DNA of 64,000 nucleotides from an uncultured virus (IMG/VR IMGVR_UViG_3300027747_004323) (taxonomy: Duplodnaviria; Heunggongvirae; Uroviricota; Caudoviricetes): IMG/VR virus record IMGVR_UViG_3300027747_004323. One strand, 5' to 3'. Positions 45,678-54,501 of this stretch are shown here, piece after piece. The translations under genes were made by a program, and so were the position numbers. Every line of letters starts with the position of its first letter. Within the stretch, counting starts at the first letter, position 1. Below the pieces are notes generated by a model. The model did not search any database, had not been told where the DNA came from, and saw nothing but the letters and a program-made list of their open reading frames with translations.

Positions 45678-46340
45678 TCAGTAGTTTCGATCGAAGAATT
45701 CTTGAGCAATCCAACTCAGTCTATCTTGAGTGATGCCCAGTCTTCGGAACTGCCTCGCGTAAGCAGCATGGTTCGCCTTGAGGCGTGCAGTTTTAGGACC
45801 CCGATTGATGAAATACGCGTAGTTCAACGGGTTCTTTGCGCCACCAGGATGCAGCTCTTCGGTATCGTCCACTTTTGGAGGAGTCTTTGGATCTTCCATG
45901 TCATCGAGGGGCTTCTTGACCACGTCTTCCCGATTGTCCTTGTAGTATCTCCAGACCGCCTTGGCCCGGGGAGACACAGACGACCTGTCCGACACGAGAC
46001 CTCCGCATTCGTCCATCGCAATGTCGTAGAGAAGTGGTCCGTAACCGTCACGGGCAGCAGTGGCGTTGACCGTCTTTGCTCCCCACTGAGGAGCCTCTTT
46101 GTCTCGATCTACCATGACCACGGCGTATATAGCCTTGTATGCCCTGCTGTCGTCCTCGTCCGCCTCGATTATCTTGATCAGCAGCTCTGGGTCGTACAGT
46201 ATGAATGACTTTGGGTCGCCGGCGACGACGACGAGGGCGAGGTCGTCCGAGAGTGCGTCCTTGACGGTGTTGGCCGCCTCGAAGACACGCTTGACTTCTT
46301 CTGAGATGACTCTGCGGAGTTGACGAACTGTGATCTTCAT
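45678..46340 (-). CDS. Leader-bearing protein with GNAT-like domain
   Basis: MKITVRQLRRVISEEVKRVFEA; VNATAARDGYGPLLYDIAM..LVSDRSSVSPRAKAVW. Confidence 0.65.
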   Translation of the reverse strand: MKITVRQLRRVISEEVKRVFEAANTVKDALSDDLALVVVAGDPKSFILYDPELLIKIIEADEDDSRAYKAIYAVVMVDRDKEAPQWGAKTVNATAARDGYGPLLYDIAMDECGGLVSDRSSVSPRAKAVWRYYKDNREDVVKKPLDDMEDPKTPPKVDDTEELHPGGAKNPLNYAYFINRGPKTARLKANHAAYARQFRRLGITQDRLSWIAQEFFDRNY

Positions 46341-46378
46341 GTTACTAACTATGCTTCCCGCGTTCGAAAGAAGGACGC

Positions 46379-47593
46379 TTATGAAGCTTCCTCTGGTTCC
46401 AGTCCCACGAGACCCTGCATCGCCGAGATAACCTTCTTGCCCATCATGCCTTCTGGGTCGAACTCCAAGGACTTCACGACCTTCTCGGCTCCCGAGCCGA
46501 CCATCTTTTCCAGGGCCTTGCTGATCATCTTCGTCGCGTTCGCAAATAGATCCGTTATCGCCTGGGGATCTCCCGCGGCGCTGCGGATGACCGCCTCCAG
46601 CGAGGAGCCTCCACCGATGAGACCCTTCACTATCTTGGGAATCACATCGAGGAGGGATCGGGTGCGGTTCTCGATGTCCATCTTGTCAGAGCGAAGCTTC
46701 TTCGCCGAAGTCCACATCTTTCCGGCGGCCTCGAGGACCTCCTCACCGCCCATGTCGGTGGAGAAGAAGGTGATGATGCGGAGGAAGAACATGCCGAGCT
46801 TCGACTTCGTGAAGCCCGCGGAATCGAACACACCGATGATCTTCTTTGCAATGCCTTCGCTCTTCTTCAGTATCATGCTCACGACGCCGCTGATGATGGA
46901 ACCGAGGATCTTGCGGAGGCTGAAGAATTTCTTGGCGGCTTCCACTGGATTTGTCTTGAAGTCGCTGAAGAACTCTTTCACCTTGTCCATCTGATCGCCG
47001 AAGTCCTTCTTGCCCTTCTCGATGAGCTCCTTGAGCTTCGCGACGACGCCGCTGTCGGACGATCCTGCCTCGAAGATCGTACCGAGGATCTTGTCTCGGT
47101 TGTCGGTCAAGAATGTTCCAAACTCCTTGGCTGCTTCGGAGACGTAGCCCTTGATCTTGTCTGCCGCTTCGGACGTAAAGTCCTTCAAGAACTCGAAGGC
47201 GTCTTTGCCGCCTGGTATCTTCTCGAGGAGGCTCATGAGGCACTTACCCGCTGCGGCGAGCTCTTCCCCGCCCGCTTTGAGGACCGCCTTGGCACCCCGA
47301 CCGATAGCCCTCCCGGTCCAACGAATAGCGTTGGCAAAGCCCTGGACTATGTTTTCCACCAGCCGGCGTCCTCTGTTTGATAGTGTCTCGTTGAGTATCG
47401 CACCGCCCTTGGAGTACGCGAGGGCGAGGTCCCACTCTGTCATGATGCCGTGCACAGGAGAGTAGAAGACGAGGTCCCCTGACGTGTAGAAAGACTCACG
47501 AATTCTTCGTCTCGAGGGGAGGCGAACTTTTGACTCTGTGAGGACAACTTCGCGGACGAGTGAGCGAAGGAGTCGGGTGTCGGTGTGACTCAT
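46379..47593 (-). CDS. Leader-bearing helical hypothetical protein
   Basis: MSHTDTRLLRSLVREVVLTE; 404 aa, amphipathic helices. Confidence 0.7.
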   Translation of the reverse strand: MSHTDTRLLRSLVREVVLTESKVRLPSRRRIRESFYTSGDLVFYSPVHGIMTEWDLALAYSKGGAILNETLSNRGRRLVENIVQGFANAIRWTGRAIGRGAKAVLKAGGEELAAAGKCLMSLLEKIPGGKDAFEFLKDFTSEAADKIKGYVSEAAKEFGTFLTDNRDKILGTIFEAGSSDSGVVAKLKELIEKGKKDFGDQMDKVKEFFSDFKTNPVEAAKKFFSLRKILGSIISGVVSMILKKSEGIAKKIIGVFDSAGFTKSKLGMFFLRIITFFSTDMGGEEVLEAAGKMWTSAKKLRSDKMDIENRTRSLLDVIPKIVKGLIGGGSSLEAVIRSAAGDPQAITDLFANATKMISKALEKMVGSGAEKVVKSLEFDPEGMMGKKVISAMQGLVGLEPEEAS

Positions 47594-47598
47594 GGTGT

Positions 47599-47930
47599 TA
47601 ACTATCGTCTCTGTCAGGAGAATAATCAGCTGACTTTGCGCGAGAGGTCAGAGGCGGCCTAGGGCATCGAGGCCCTCGGGTGTGGGTGTCCATCCCTTGG
47701 AACCGAGATCCCACCGAACGTAACCCATTCCCTTCAGGGTCTGCGCAGACTTCCTTTCAGAGGGCGTCAGGGACTCATCGGGACGAGGACGAGAGCGAGC
47801 GATCTTGGAGAGGAGTGTCATGTCGGGCTCTGCAGAGACACGGGCAACTTCTTCTCGAATGATTTGACGGAGGGTGGAGATGCTAATCTTCATGGAGAGT
47901 AACTATCATCTCCGTCAGGAGAATAATCAG
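47599..47930. repeat. 31-bp direct repeat pair containing the promoter-like motif
   Basis: TAACTATCGTCTCTGTCAGGAGAATAATCAG (47599-47629) vs TAACTATCATCTCCGTCAGGAGAATAATCAG (47900-47930); 2 mismatches. Confidence 0.85.
47648..47893 (-). CDS. Leader-bearing small protein, winged-helix-like C-terminus
   Basis: MKISISTLRQIIREEVARV; AQTLKGMGYVRW..GWTPTPEGLDAL. Confidence 0.65.
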   Translation of the reverse strand: MKISISTLRQIIREEVARVSAEPDMTLLSKIARSRPRPDESLTPSERKSAQTLKGMGYVRWDLGSKGWTPTPEGLDALGRL

Positions 47931-48032
47931 ATAAATCGGGCCTATTACCCACGGTGCATTTATGACAGAGTCCTTGGCGGGATTCTGGTGCTGCTTCCTC
48001 GTGCCGACTTGGAATGCTCTTGCACCGCGGTT

Positions 48033-48063
48033 AAAACAGAAGAGGCCACCTTTCGGCGGCCTC
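48033..48063 (-). terminator. Rho-independent terminator after major capsid gene
   Basis: Minus strand GAGGCCGCC-GAAA-GGTGGCCTC then TTCTGTTTT. Confidence 0.8.
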
Positions 48064-48092
48064 CGCTGCTGTGTCTCAGACGTTTACGTGAA

Positions 48093-49952
48093 TCAGATCA
48101 CGTTCATGTTGAGGCAGGTGACGGTTCCGTAGAAGTCCGAGCGAACGGTCTTCTTGCCGTAACGGGTCATCACTCCCTTGCGAGGCGTGAAGTCCTCAGG
48201 CGCGAAGATCGTCGGGGTCACGATGAGTGGCACGTACGGAGCGTAGACGTAGCCCGTCTCGAGGTAGGAGCCGCCCTTGTAGCCGACGAGGATCTTGTTG
48301 CGCACGAAGTAGGGGTCCTTGTAGACCGTGAAGCGGTTGGAGAGCGTGCCGATCGCCTCTGCACCGATGGTGAAGGGGGATGCGACCTGACCCTCGCCGT
48401 CCATGGAGAACTTCGGCTTGTAGAGGACCGAGGACTCGAGGATCGTGCAGACGTCCGGACCCGTGACGAGGAAGTTCGCCGAGCCGCGGAGTGTCTTGCG
48501 GTGGATGGTGTTCGCGACGTCGATGATCGTCTCGATGAGGGTCTCGTACCACTCGCGGACAGTACCGGTGAACTGCGGGCCGATCGCGAGGGAGTCAGAG
48601 AGGCTCTGGCGAGCACCCGTCTGCTTGTTCACGAAGACGCCCGGAGAACGCGACCAGTAGTAGTTCGCACCGTTGGCCTGAGACACGAGGTCGTTGAGGA
48701 TCTCGCGGTCGATCTCGAGAGCGATCTGCTCCGAGAGGATCGAGGTGAGCTCGACCTCAGCGTCCATCGAGTGGTACGCGTTGAGGTCCTGAGCGAGTTC
48801 CGGCGACCAGCGAGCGCGGAGCTTGCGGGTCTCTGCCGTGATGCTGATTGCCTCGATCTTGATGTCGATCTCGGGGATGGGCGGCGTGGGGGTCGTGCCG
48901 AAGTCCGACTCGAAGGAGGGGACGGTGACCGTGGAGCCGACCGAAGAATCGACCGAGAGGGACGTCGAGACGGCGAACGAGACGTTTGCCTGCGATGCCG
49001 TTCCGCTGAGGAGGGCGCCGTTGGCTCCCTTCACGAGCGTGAGGACGTGGGTTCCGTTGAGCGCGTCGGGTGTGAAGACGCCGCCCGACCAGTTACCGCG
49101 CTTGTTGAGGCGACGGAGGTTGAGGACGCCGCTGCCACCCTGATACGTCTCGCCCCAGGCAGACGCCGATGCGACGCCGCTGAAGAGGGCGAGCTGCTCT
49201 GCGGAGAGCTTGTCCATCTGGGTGAGAGAAGAGAGGGGGACGACTGCGAATGCTGCATCGAGGTCGTTGACGGAGAGGGCCGTCTCGACCTGAGCGTCGA
49301 AGTCAGCGAAGCGGGCGTTGGTTCCCGTGAAGTCGGTGACCGAGGAGATCACTGCTCCAGCGTTCCAGACGTCACCGACGCCCTTCCAGGCGCCGACGGC
49401 GGTGAGGGTGAGACCCGATGCCGAGCCCGTCACGCGGCTGTAGCCGGTGCCGACGAGGTCGTACATTCCACCGGTCGCGAGAGATCCGCTCTGGACGCCC
49501 TTGCCCGTGGGGTTGTTGTAGATCGACTGGCCCTTGGTGTACGAGGACGAGAGAGCCGCGTTGGAACCGTAGGGCGTGCCCACGTTGGTTCCGTAGGTGT
49601 AGTCCAGATAGAAGATGAGTCCCGAGGGGAGGCTCATCGGCTGGATCGACACGAGCTCGTTGGCAACGAGGCCGCCGAACACCCTGCGGACGATCGGGAA
49701 GGCGATGTTGCTGAAGCCCTGGATCTGGCCCGAGCCGGCGAGGTTACCGCCACCGGTCGAGAGAGAGGAGGACTCCTTGAGGACCTGAGCTGCCTGGTTC
49801 TCCAGGAGCTGGGCCATGACCTCACGGCGGGTGCCGTCGAGGCCGCGGAGGAGGCCGGTGCGCGACCACTTCTCCGTGAGGCGAGCGCGCTCAGCACCGA
49901 CGTGCTTCTCGCGGATGCCCTGTGCTAACTGATCAAGACTGAAGTATTTCAT
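48093..49952 (-). CDS. Major capsid protein (T4 gp23-like)
   Basis: LLENQ, FPIVRRVF..QPMSLPSGLIFYL, TRKLRARWSPELAQDLNAYH.DAEVEL, EIDREI, YAPYVPL, PRKGVMTRYG. Confidence 0.97.
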   Translation of the reverse strand: MKYFSLDQLAQGIREKHVGAERARLTEKWSRTGLLRGLDGTRREVMAQLLENQAAQVLKESSSLSTGGGNLAGSGQIQGFSNIAFPIVRRVFGGLVANELVSIQPMSLPSGLIFYLDYTYGTNVGTPYGSNAALSSSYTKGQSIYNNPTGKGVQSGSLATGGMYDLVGTGYSRVTGSASGLTLTAVGAWKGVGDVWNAGAVISSVTDFTGTNARFADFDAQVETALSVNDLDAAFAVVPLSSLTQMDKLSAEQLALFSGVASASAWGETYQGGSGVLNLRRLNKRGNWSGGVFTPDALNGTHVLTLVKGANGALLSGTASQANVSFAVSTSLSVDSSVGSTVTVPSFESDFGTTPTPPIPEIDIKIEAISITAETRKLRARWSPELAQDLNAYHSMDAEVELTSILSEQIALEIDREILNDLVSQANGANYYWSRSPGVFVNKQTGARQSLSDSLAIGPQFTGTVREWYETLIETIIDVANTIHRKTLRGSANFLVTGPDVCTILESSVLYKPKFSMDGEGQVASPFTIGAEAIGTLSNRFTVYKDPYFVRNKILVGYKGGSYLETGYVYAPYVPLIVTPTIFAPEDFTPRKGVMTRYGKKTVRSDFYGTVTCLNMNVI

Positions 49953-49993
49953 CGTAATCTCCTGTTATTCCTTGTTGGTATGGGTTGAATCAA

Positions 49994-52111
49994 TCACTTA
50001 ACGATTCCCGCCAAGCGTGCCCAGCGGTCTGCCTCGAAGCCCTCGTTGAGGGTGTTGGTGGCGGATGCCGGACGTGCCGGACGCGAGGAAGAGCCGATGA
50101 CACCGCGCTCGGCCGACTCGGTCAGCTTGCGGCTGTCAGAACCCTGGAGGGTCCGGACCAGGCTCTCGTACACGAGCTTCACTTCACGCTCGTTGCGCGC
50201 CTCGTCGAGACGCTCGATGACCTCGGCCTTCTGGCGCTTGGTCAAGGACTCGTTCTGGAGGAGCTTGTTCGTGAAGAGTAGCTTCGCGTTGAACAGATTC
50301 GTCTCTGCCAACTTGGTGCGGAGATTGTTGGTCTCTGCCGCGGACCTTGGGGACGCACCATTCAGGGTGCTTCCTCTGCGGGCTGACTCGGAGAGCATGC
50401 CCTTGATCTTGTTCGAGCGGCGCACAGACTCGTTGAAGCGAGTCGCGAAGTAGTTGTATGCTTCCTGCATCTTCTTGCCCTGCTGCTTCTTCTGCTGGGC
50501 TTCCTTCTGCTTCTTCTGTGCTTCCTGCTTCTTGCCCTGCTGCTTCTTCTGCTGGGCTTCCTTCTGCATCTTCTGTGCTTCCTGCTGCTTCTTCTGAGCC
50601 TGCTTCTTCGCAGACTGAGCCTTCTGCTTCGCCTCAAGCTGGATGCGTGCCTCAGCGCGGAGTCTCCTGCGGAGAGATTCTACCGTCGCACCGGCCTGAC
50701 GCGACTGCTTCTGAGTCTGCGCCTCGTCGCGGACGCCGCCGTATTCCTTGGTGTCTTCGGCCTGATCGAGCTCGTCCATTTCGGCCTCGTCCGTCATCGC
50801 CTGGTCGAGTTCGTACATGCCCTCCTTCTCGAGAGAGCCCTCACCGTCGGAAGCGGAGTCCTGATCGAGCTCATCCATCATCGCCTGATCGAGCTCGTCC
50901 ATTTCGGCCTCGTCCATCATCGCCTGGTCGAGTTCGTCCATTTCGGCCTCGTCCATGTCTGCTTCGCTCTTCTTCGAATCGTCCTGCGATTCGCGGAGGT
51001 CGATGTCGACGAAGGGATCACCCAAGTCGTCGTCCTCGAACTCGTCCGAAACAGAGCCTGCGCCGTGGCCCCAGCTCTGCACGTCTTCCTTGGCCTCACG
51101 AAGGGCCTTCATTCTCGATATCTCTCGACGAAGCATGCCCTCATCGATCTCGACGATCACATCGTCTCTAAGTCTACGTGATTCCATTTTCTCCTCCGAG
51201 CCTTTCTCTTCTTCTTCAGATTCTTCACCTTCGTCATCGAGGTCGAGATCAAGCTCTTCCTCGTCACCACCCTCAGATTCATCGGATTCTTCGCCTTCGC
51301 CTTCGTCTCCGAGATCGAGATCTTCCTCATCGCCCTCTTCCTCATCGCCGCCACCTTCGTCGCCGCCTGTGATGAGGTCGACGCCGATAGAATCGAGGTC
51401 GACTTCGTCGGGCATTCCAGTAAGCTTCAGTGTGATGTCTGCTTCAGAAAGCGTACGTGTTCTCTTGTTCATCTTCTGCTCCGTGAGCTGATTGAGGGTT
51501 TTGTGATATGTTTCAAGTAACGACAGATAAGACTTTGACTTCGCGGAACCCTTCAGTTCACGCTGCAAGTAGGAATACGTATCTTCCACTTCAGAAATGA
51601 GAGAAGAAACGGTGTCTGTGAATCCCTTTGACTCCTTCACGATCTTGCTCGCCGAGGAGACGAGCTTGACCTGATGACCGAGCTTCTTCAGCTTGTTCTC
51701 GAGGACCTTCGTAGAATTTACTCCGGACTTCATCAGGAGACCCAGCGCCTTTGCCGACTCCATGCTTAGCTCGTACTCTTCGGATCCCGGGACCTTGAGT
51801 GCTGAGAGGTCGAGAGTGACCTTGCCCTCCTCGTCAGGCATCGAGATCGCGTCGGCCGAGGCGTCAGCTCCTCCGACCATCGTCACGGGATCCATGGGAA
51901 GTTCCTCTTCGGACGTCTCGAGCTCCTCAGGAAACTCATCCATGAGCAGCTTGTCTTCGTCGGATTCGGCTTCTCCTAAAAGCTGTGTCTCGATCAGGCC
52001 CTTGATGCGAGGCGTGAGAGCCTCAAGGAGAGCACGCTTCGCATTGTCTTCAGCGACTTCCTTGAGTTTCTTCACGTCAGCTAGAGCTTCTTCATACAGT
52101 TGCTTTGTCAT
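49994..52111 (-). CDS. Prohead core/scaffolding protein
   Basis: 705 aa, acidic and coiled-coil; EALADVKKLKEVAEDNAKRALLE, NLFNAKLLFTNKL, RWARLAGI; directly upstream of capsid. Confidence 0.8.
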   Translation of the reverse strand: MTKQLYEEALADVKKLKEVAEDNAKRALLEALTPRIKGLIETQLLGEAESDEDKLLMDEFPEELETSEEELPMDPVTMVGGADASADAISMPDEEGKVTLDLSALKVPGSEEYELSMESAKALGLLMKSGVNSTKVLENKLKKLGHQVKLVSSASKIVKESKGFTDTVSSLISEVEDTYSYLQRELKGSAKSKSYLSLLETYHKTLNQLTEQKMNKRTRTLSEADITLKLTGMPDEVDLDSIGVDLITGGDEGGGDEEEGDEEDLDLGDEGEGEESDESEGGDEEELDLDLDDEGEESEEEEKGSEEKMESRRLRDDVIVEIDEGMLRREISRMKALREAKEDVQSWGHGAGSVSDEFEDDDLGDPFVDIDLRESQDDSKKSEADMDEAEMDELDQAMMDEAEMDELDQAMMDELDQDSASDGEGSLEKEGMYELDQAMTDEAEMDELDQAEDTKEYGGVRDEAQTQKQSRQAGATVESLRRRLRAEARIQLEAKQKAQSAKKQAQKKQQEAQKMQKEAQQKKQQGKKQEAQKKQKEAQQKKQQGKKMQEAYNYFATRFNESVRRSNKIKGMLSESARRGSTLNGASPRSAAETNNLRTKLAETNLFNAKLLFTNKLLQNESLTKRQKAEVIERLDEARNEREVKLVYESLVRTLQGSDSRKLTESAERGVIGSSSRPARPASATNTLNEGFEADRWARLAGIVK
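50464..50955 (-). repeat. Coding repeats within scaffold gene
   Basis: EAEMDELDQAMMD (39-bp) units at ~50760-50955 and QKKQQ(G)KKxQEA units at ~50464-50600. Confidence 0.8.
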
Positions 52112-52149
52112 GTCTGTTCTTTCTGAGGTCTATTAGTGCTAAGTATGAC

Positions 52150-52713
52150 TCAGACGGACGATTTACCCATCTTCAGCGGCGTGCCTAGTGTACCGAGACG
52201 CACACTTCCGATATCGCCGCTTGTAGCGCTGGGCGACGTCGTTCCCGTATTCGGTGCTCCGGGTACGTAAGCTGCTCCCTTGACATCAGCGACGGTGATG
52301 CCCGCGGGCTCGATTTCCTTCTGAACTCCTTCTGTCTTACCAGGGCCGGGAGACGAAAGATCAGGTGTATAGGGATTAGCAGGTCCGCCACGTCCGCCAG
52401 CAGATGCCCATGACACTTCCGCAAGATTGGGTGCTCCTCCGAACTTAAGGTCTACGCCTTCTGGGAACATTCCTGCATCGCCTGCCTGATTGGCTTCGGA
52501 AGGAAGTAGACCACCCACACCAGCTGTGACCTTATCTGTCGCACGTTTCACAGCTTCTTTCGCAGCTTCGATGTTGTTTGTCTGGTCTGGTGTGCCATAG
52601 AAGACGCCTGCTCCGTTGTCGGCGCGGGAATTGAAGAGATTCCTGAGCAGCGTGTTGCGGGAACTCGCCACGGGAACGTATGTTGTGTATCTACCTGTAC
52701 CTGGTCCGGCCAT
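52150..52713 (-). CDS. Gly/Pro-rich hypothetical protein in head cluster
   Basis: 187 aa, AGGAG Shine-Dalgarno. Confidence 0.65.
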   Translation of the reverse strand: MAGPGTGRYTTYVPVASSRNTLLRNLFNSRADNGAGVFYGTPDQTNNIEAAKEAVKRATDKVTAGVGGLLPSEANQAGDAGMFPEGVDLKFGGAPNLAEVSWASAGGRGGPANPYTPDLSSPGPGKTEGVQKEIEPAGITVADVKGAAYVPGAPNTGTTSPSATSGDIGSVRLGTLGTPLKMGKSSV

Positions 52714-52733
52714 GACAATCTCCTTTGACTAAA

Positions 52734-52979
52734 TCAAATCCTGCTCGCGAGGCGACGGCGTGTCTCAGTGATCTTGACGAGGCGACGACGAAGTCTTGCC
52801 TCTTCAATCTTGAGGGCCTTCATGAAGTCGATGGTCTTCTCCTTCGACTTGTCGGTACCGAATTCGTCTGCATCGACTTCCTCGGTGTCCTTGGCGCGCT
52901 TCTCGGTCGACTCCATGTCACCGAACTTCGCGACTTCCTCTTCAATGATCCTTCTGAGCAATCTGTTTGTGAGCTTCAT
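52734..52979 (-). CDS. Small protein with LRRIIEEE leader
   Basis: MKLTNRLLRRIIEEEVAKF; GAGG and ATATTTA upstream. Confidence 0.7.
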   Translation of the reverse strand: MKLTNRLLRRIIEEEVAKFGDMESTEKRAKDTEEVDADEFGTDKSKEKTIDFMKALKIEEARLRRRLVKITETRRRLASRI

Positions 52980-53032
52980 CGATAACCTCGCTATGGTCTG
53001 CTAGCCGTAAATATACGATCGTGGCAAATTGT

Positions 53033-53464
53033 TCATTTCTTTGTGGGTGATTCCATGAAGGCGAGGCTCGCCCATTTGGATGCCGCCTCTTCGCCGAACA
53101 GATCCTCAGGATCCACGTTGGCGACGAGTTGCTCTGCCACGCCTCCCGGAGTCGGAGGAGCTCCACGGCCCTCGTTCTGCAGCATCTTGGGCAGTGTGGC
53201 AGATGCCGTGTCTGCGAGGATGGACTCCATCAGCTTGTTGCCGCCGGCCTCGCGCTTCACCGCCTCACGAAGCTGTGGAGTGGCAGATCTCGGTTGCTGA
53301 ACCGGTTGCGCAGGTGACCTCCTGACATTGTCTGTAAATAGAGGCCGTGTAACAGGTAGGGCGGGTTTAGAAGATATTTGCGTGGAACCGCCGAGTCCCT
53401 CGTTGAGGATCTCGAGAAGACATTCCTTCACGAGCATCTTCATGTCGGATCGAGTCATCTTCAT
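53033..53464 (-). CDS. Hypothetical protein with leader-like N-terminus
   Basis: MKMTRSDMKMLVKECLLEILNEG. Confidence 0.7.
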   Translation of the reverse strand: MKMTRSDMKMLVKECLLEILNEGLGGSTQISSKPALPVTRPLFTDNVRRSPAQPVQQPRSATPQLREAVKREAGGNKLMESILADTASATLPKMLQNEGRGAPPTPGGVAEQLVANVDPEDLFGEEAASKWASLAFMESPTKK

Positions 53465-53465
53465 G

Positions 53466-53876
53466 TCAGCCTACCCCCGACCATCCCGGAGAACCATCGG
53501 GAAGCGATCCCGAGAGGATCGGCATCTCGCGAGACGCGATGGTCGTCAATCCCGCATAGATGCTGAAGTCGATCGTGTTGCTCGTGTCTGCCCTGAGATA
53601 GAGTTCTTTCACCCTGCAGTCCAGCGTGACCGAAGTGCTTCCGCTGAGGATGAAGTACTGCTTACCGTTCACACCATTCACGCCGTTGAGAGTGAATCCG
53701 ATCCTGAGGGTCTTTCCGGCAGACAAGTTGCTGATCGTGATACACTTCGTCACTCTCGGAAAGTCGTATTCGATTACGCTCGTGCCGCTCGTAGCTGCAG
53801 TCAAGACCCACGGAAGCGGAGATGCCTGGAACTCATTTACGCTGAGTATTCCCGATGTCGGATTGTTGAGTGCCAT
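53466..53876 (-). CDS. Beta-rich hypothetical (putative structural) protein
   Basis: 136 aa; FPRVTKCITISN..LRIGF; in head operon. Confidence 0.6.
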   Translation of the reverse strand: MALNNPTSGILSVNEFQASPLPWVLTAATSGTSVIEYDFPRVTKCITISNLSAGKTLRIGFTLNGVNGVNGKQYFILSGSTSVTLDCRVKELYLRADTSNTIDFSIYAGLTTIASREMPILSGSLPDGSPGWSGVG

Positions 53877-53885
53877 TGTCTTGTC

Positions 53886-54497
53886 TCACTTCCTTGACGA
53901 CAAAATGTCGTTTATGATGCGGTCTATTCTATCGCTCTTGTTGAAGACTTGTCTCAATTCGTTTGAGTTTATCGTCTTTCCTTCGGGCAACATGAATGCA
54001 CCGGGCGTGGAAGGCTCCGAGACGTAGTCCCAGCAGATGAGCTGGAAGTCGTCCTGGACGACGTGATAGTCGCCCTGCTTCTTCGTCGAGCCCACGCCAC
54101 GTGAAGAGATTCCAAGCTTCACTCCGCTCTCCACGAGGGACTGAAGGATCTTTCCGCTGGGGGTGTCGAGCAGCTCGACGGAGCCGTACACTACACCCTT
54201 CTCGAGGTATGCCTCCTTGATGACGTGGGAGACGTTCTTGAGATTGACGACGGAGGAGTCTGGGTGGTCCAGTTCCCCGAGGGCACGATTCTCTGCGATG
54301 AACTTCTGATAGTTCCTCACCTCACGCTCGAGGACGGAGAGCGGATAGATGCGACCGTTCTGATTGAGGGTGTCGGCCTTCTGGAGTATTCCTCTCATCA
54401 CGACCTTGCCGCCGTTCTTCTCCCTAGACTCCTTGATCATGTCAGGAGTGTAGTCGAAGACTTCGTAAGAGTTTAGTAGTCTGAGATCTTGTGCCAT
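53886..54497 (-). CDS. Prohead protease (T4 gp21-like)
   Basis: GILQKADTLNQNGRIYP, ALGELDHP, VSH, LGISSRGVGS, WDYVSEPSTPGAF. Confidence 0.95.
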   Translation of the reverse strand: MAQDLRLLNSYEVFDYTPDMIKESREKNGGKVVMRGILQKADTLNQNGRIYPLSVLEREVRNYQKFIAENRALGELDHPDSSVVNLKNVSHVIKEAYLEKGVVYGSVELLDTPSGKILQSLVESGVKLGISSRGVGSTKKQGDYHVVQDDFQLICWDYVSEPSTPGAFMLPEGKTINSNELRQVFNKSDRIDRIINDILSSRK

Positions 54498-54501
54498 TGT
54501 T

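Noticed and set aside
47874..49928. 684-aa plus-strand ORF, and similar long antisense ORFs (e.g. 2963-3946, 23064-24029, 29401-30447, 32113-33246)
   Set aside because: Shadows of strongly codon-biased minus-strand genes; no motifs, and fully overlapped by clear genes.
50464..50955. Tandem repeats considered as a CRISPR array
   Set aside because: In-frame coding repeats inside the scaffold gene, with no unique spacers and no cas genes.
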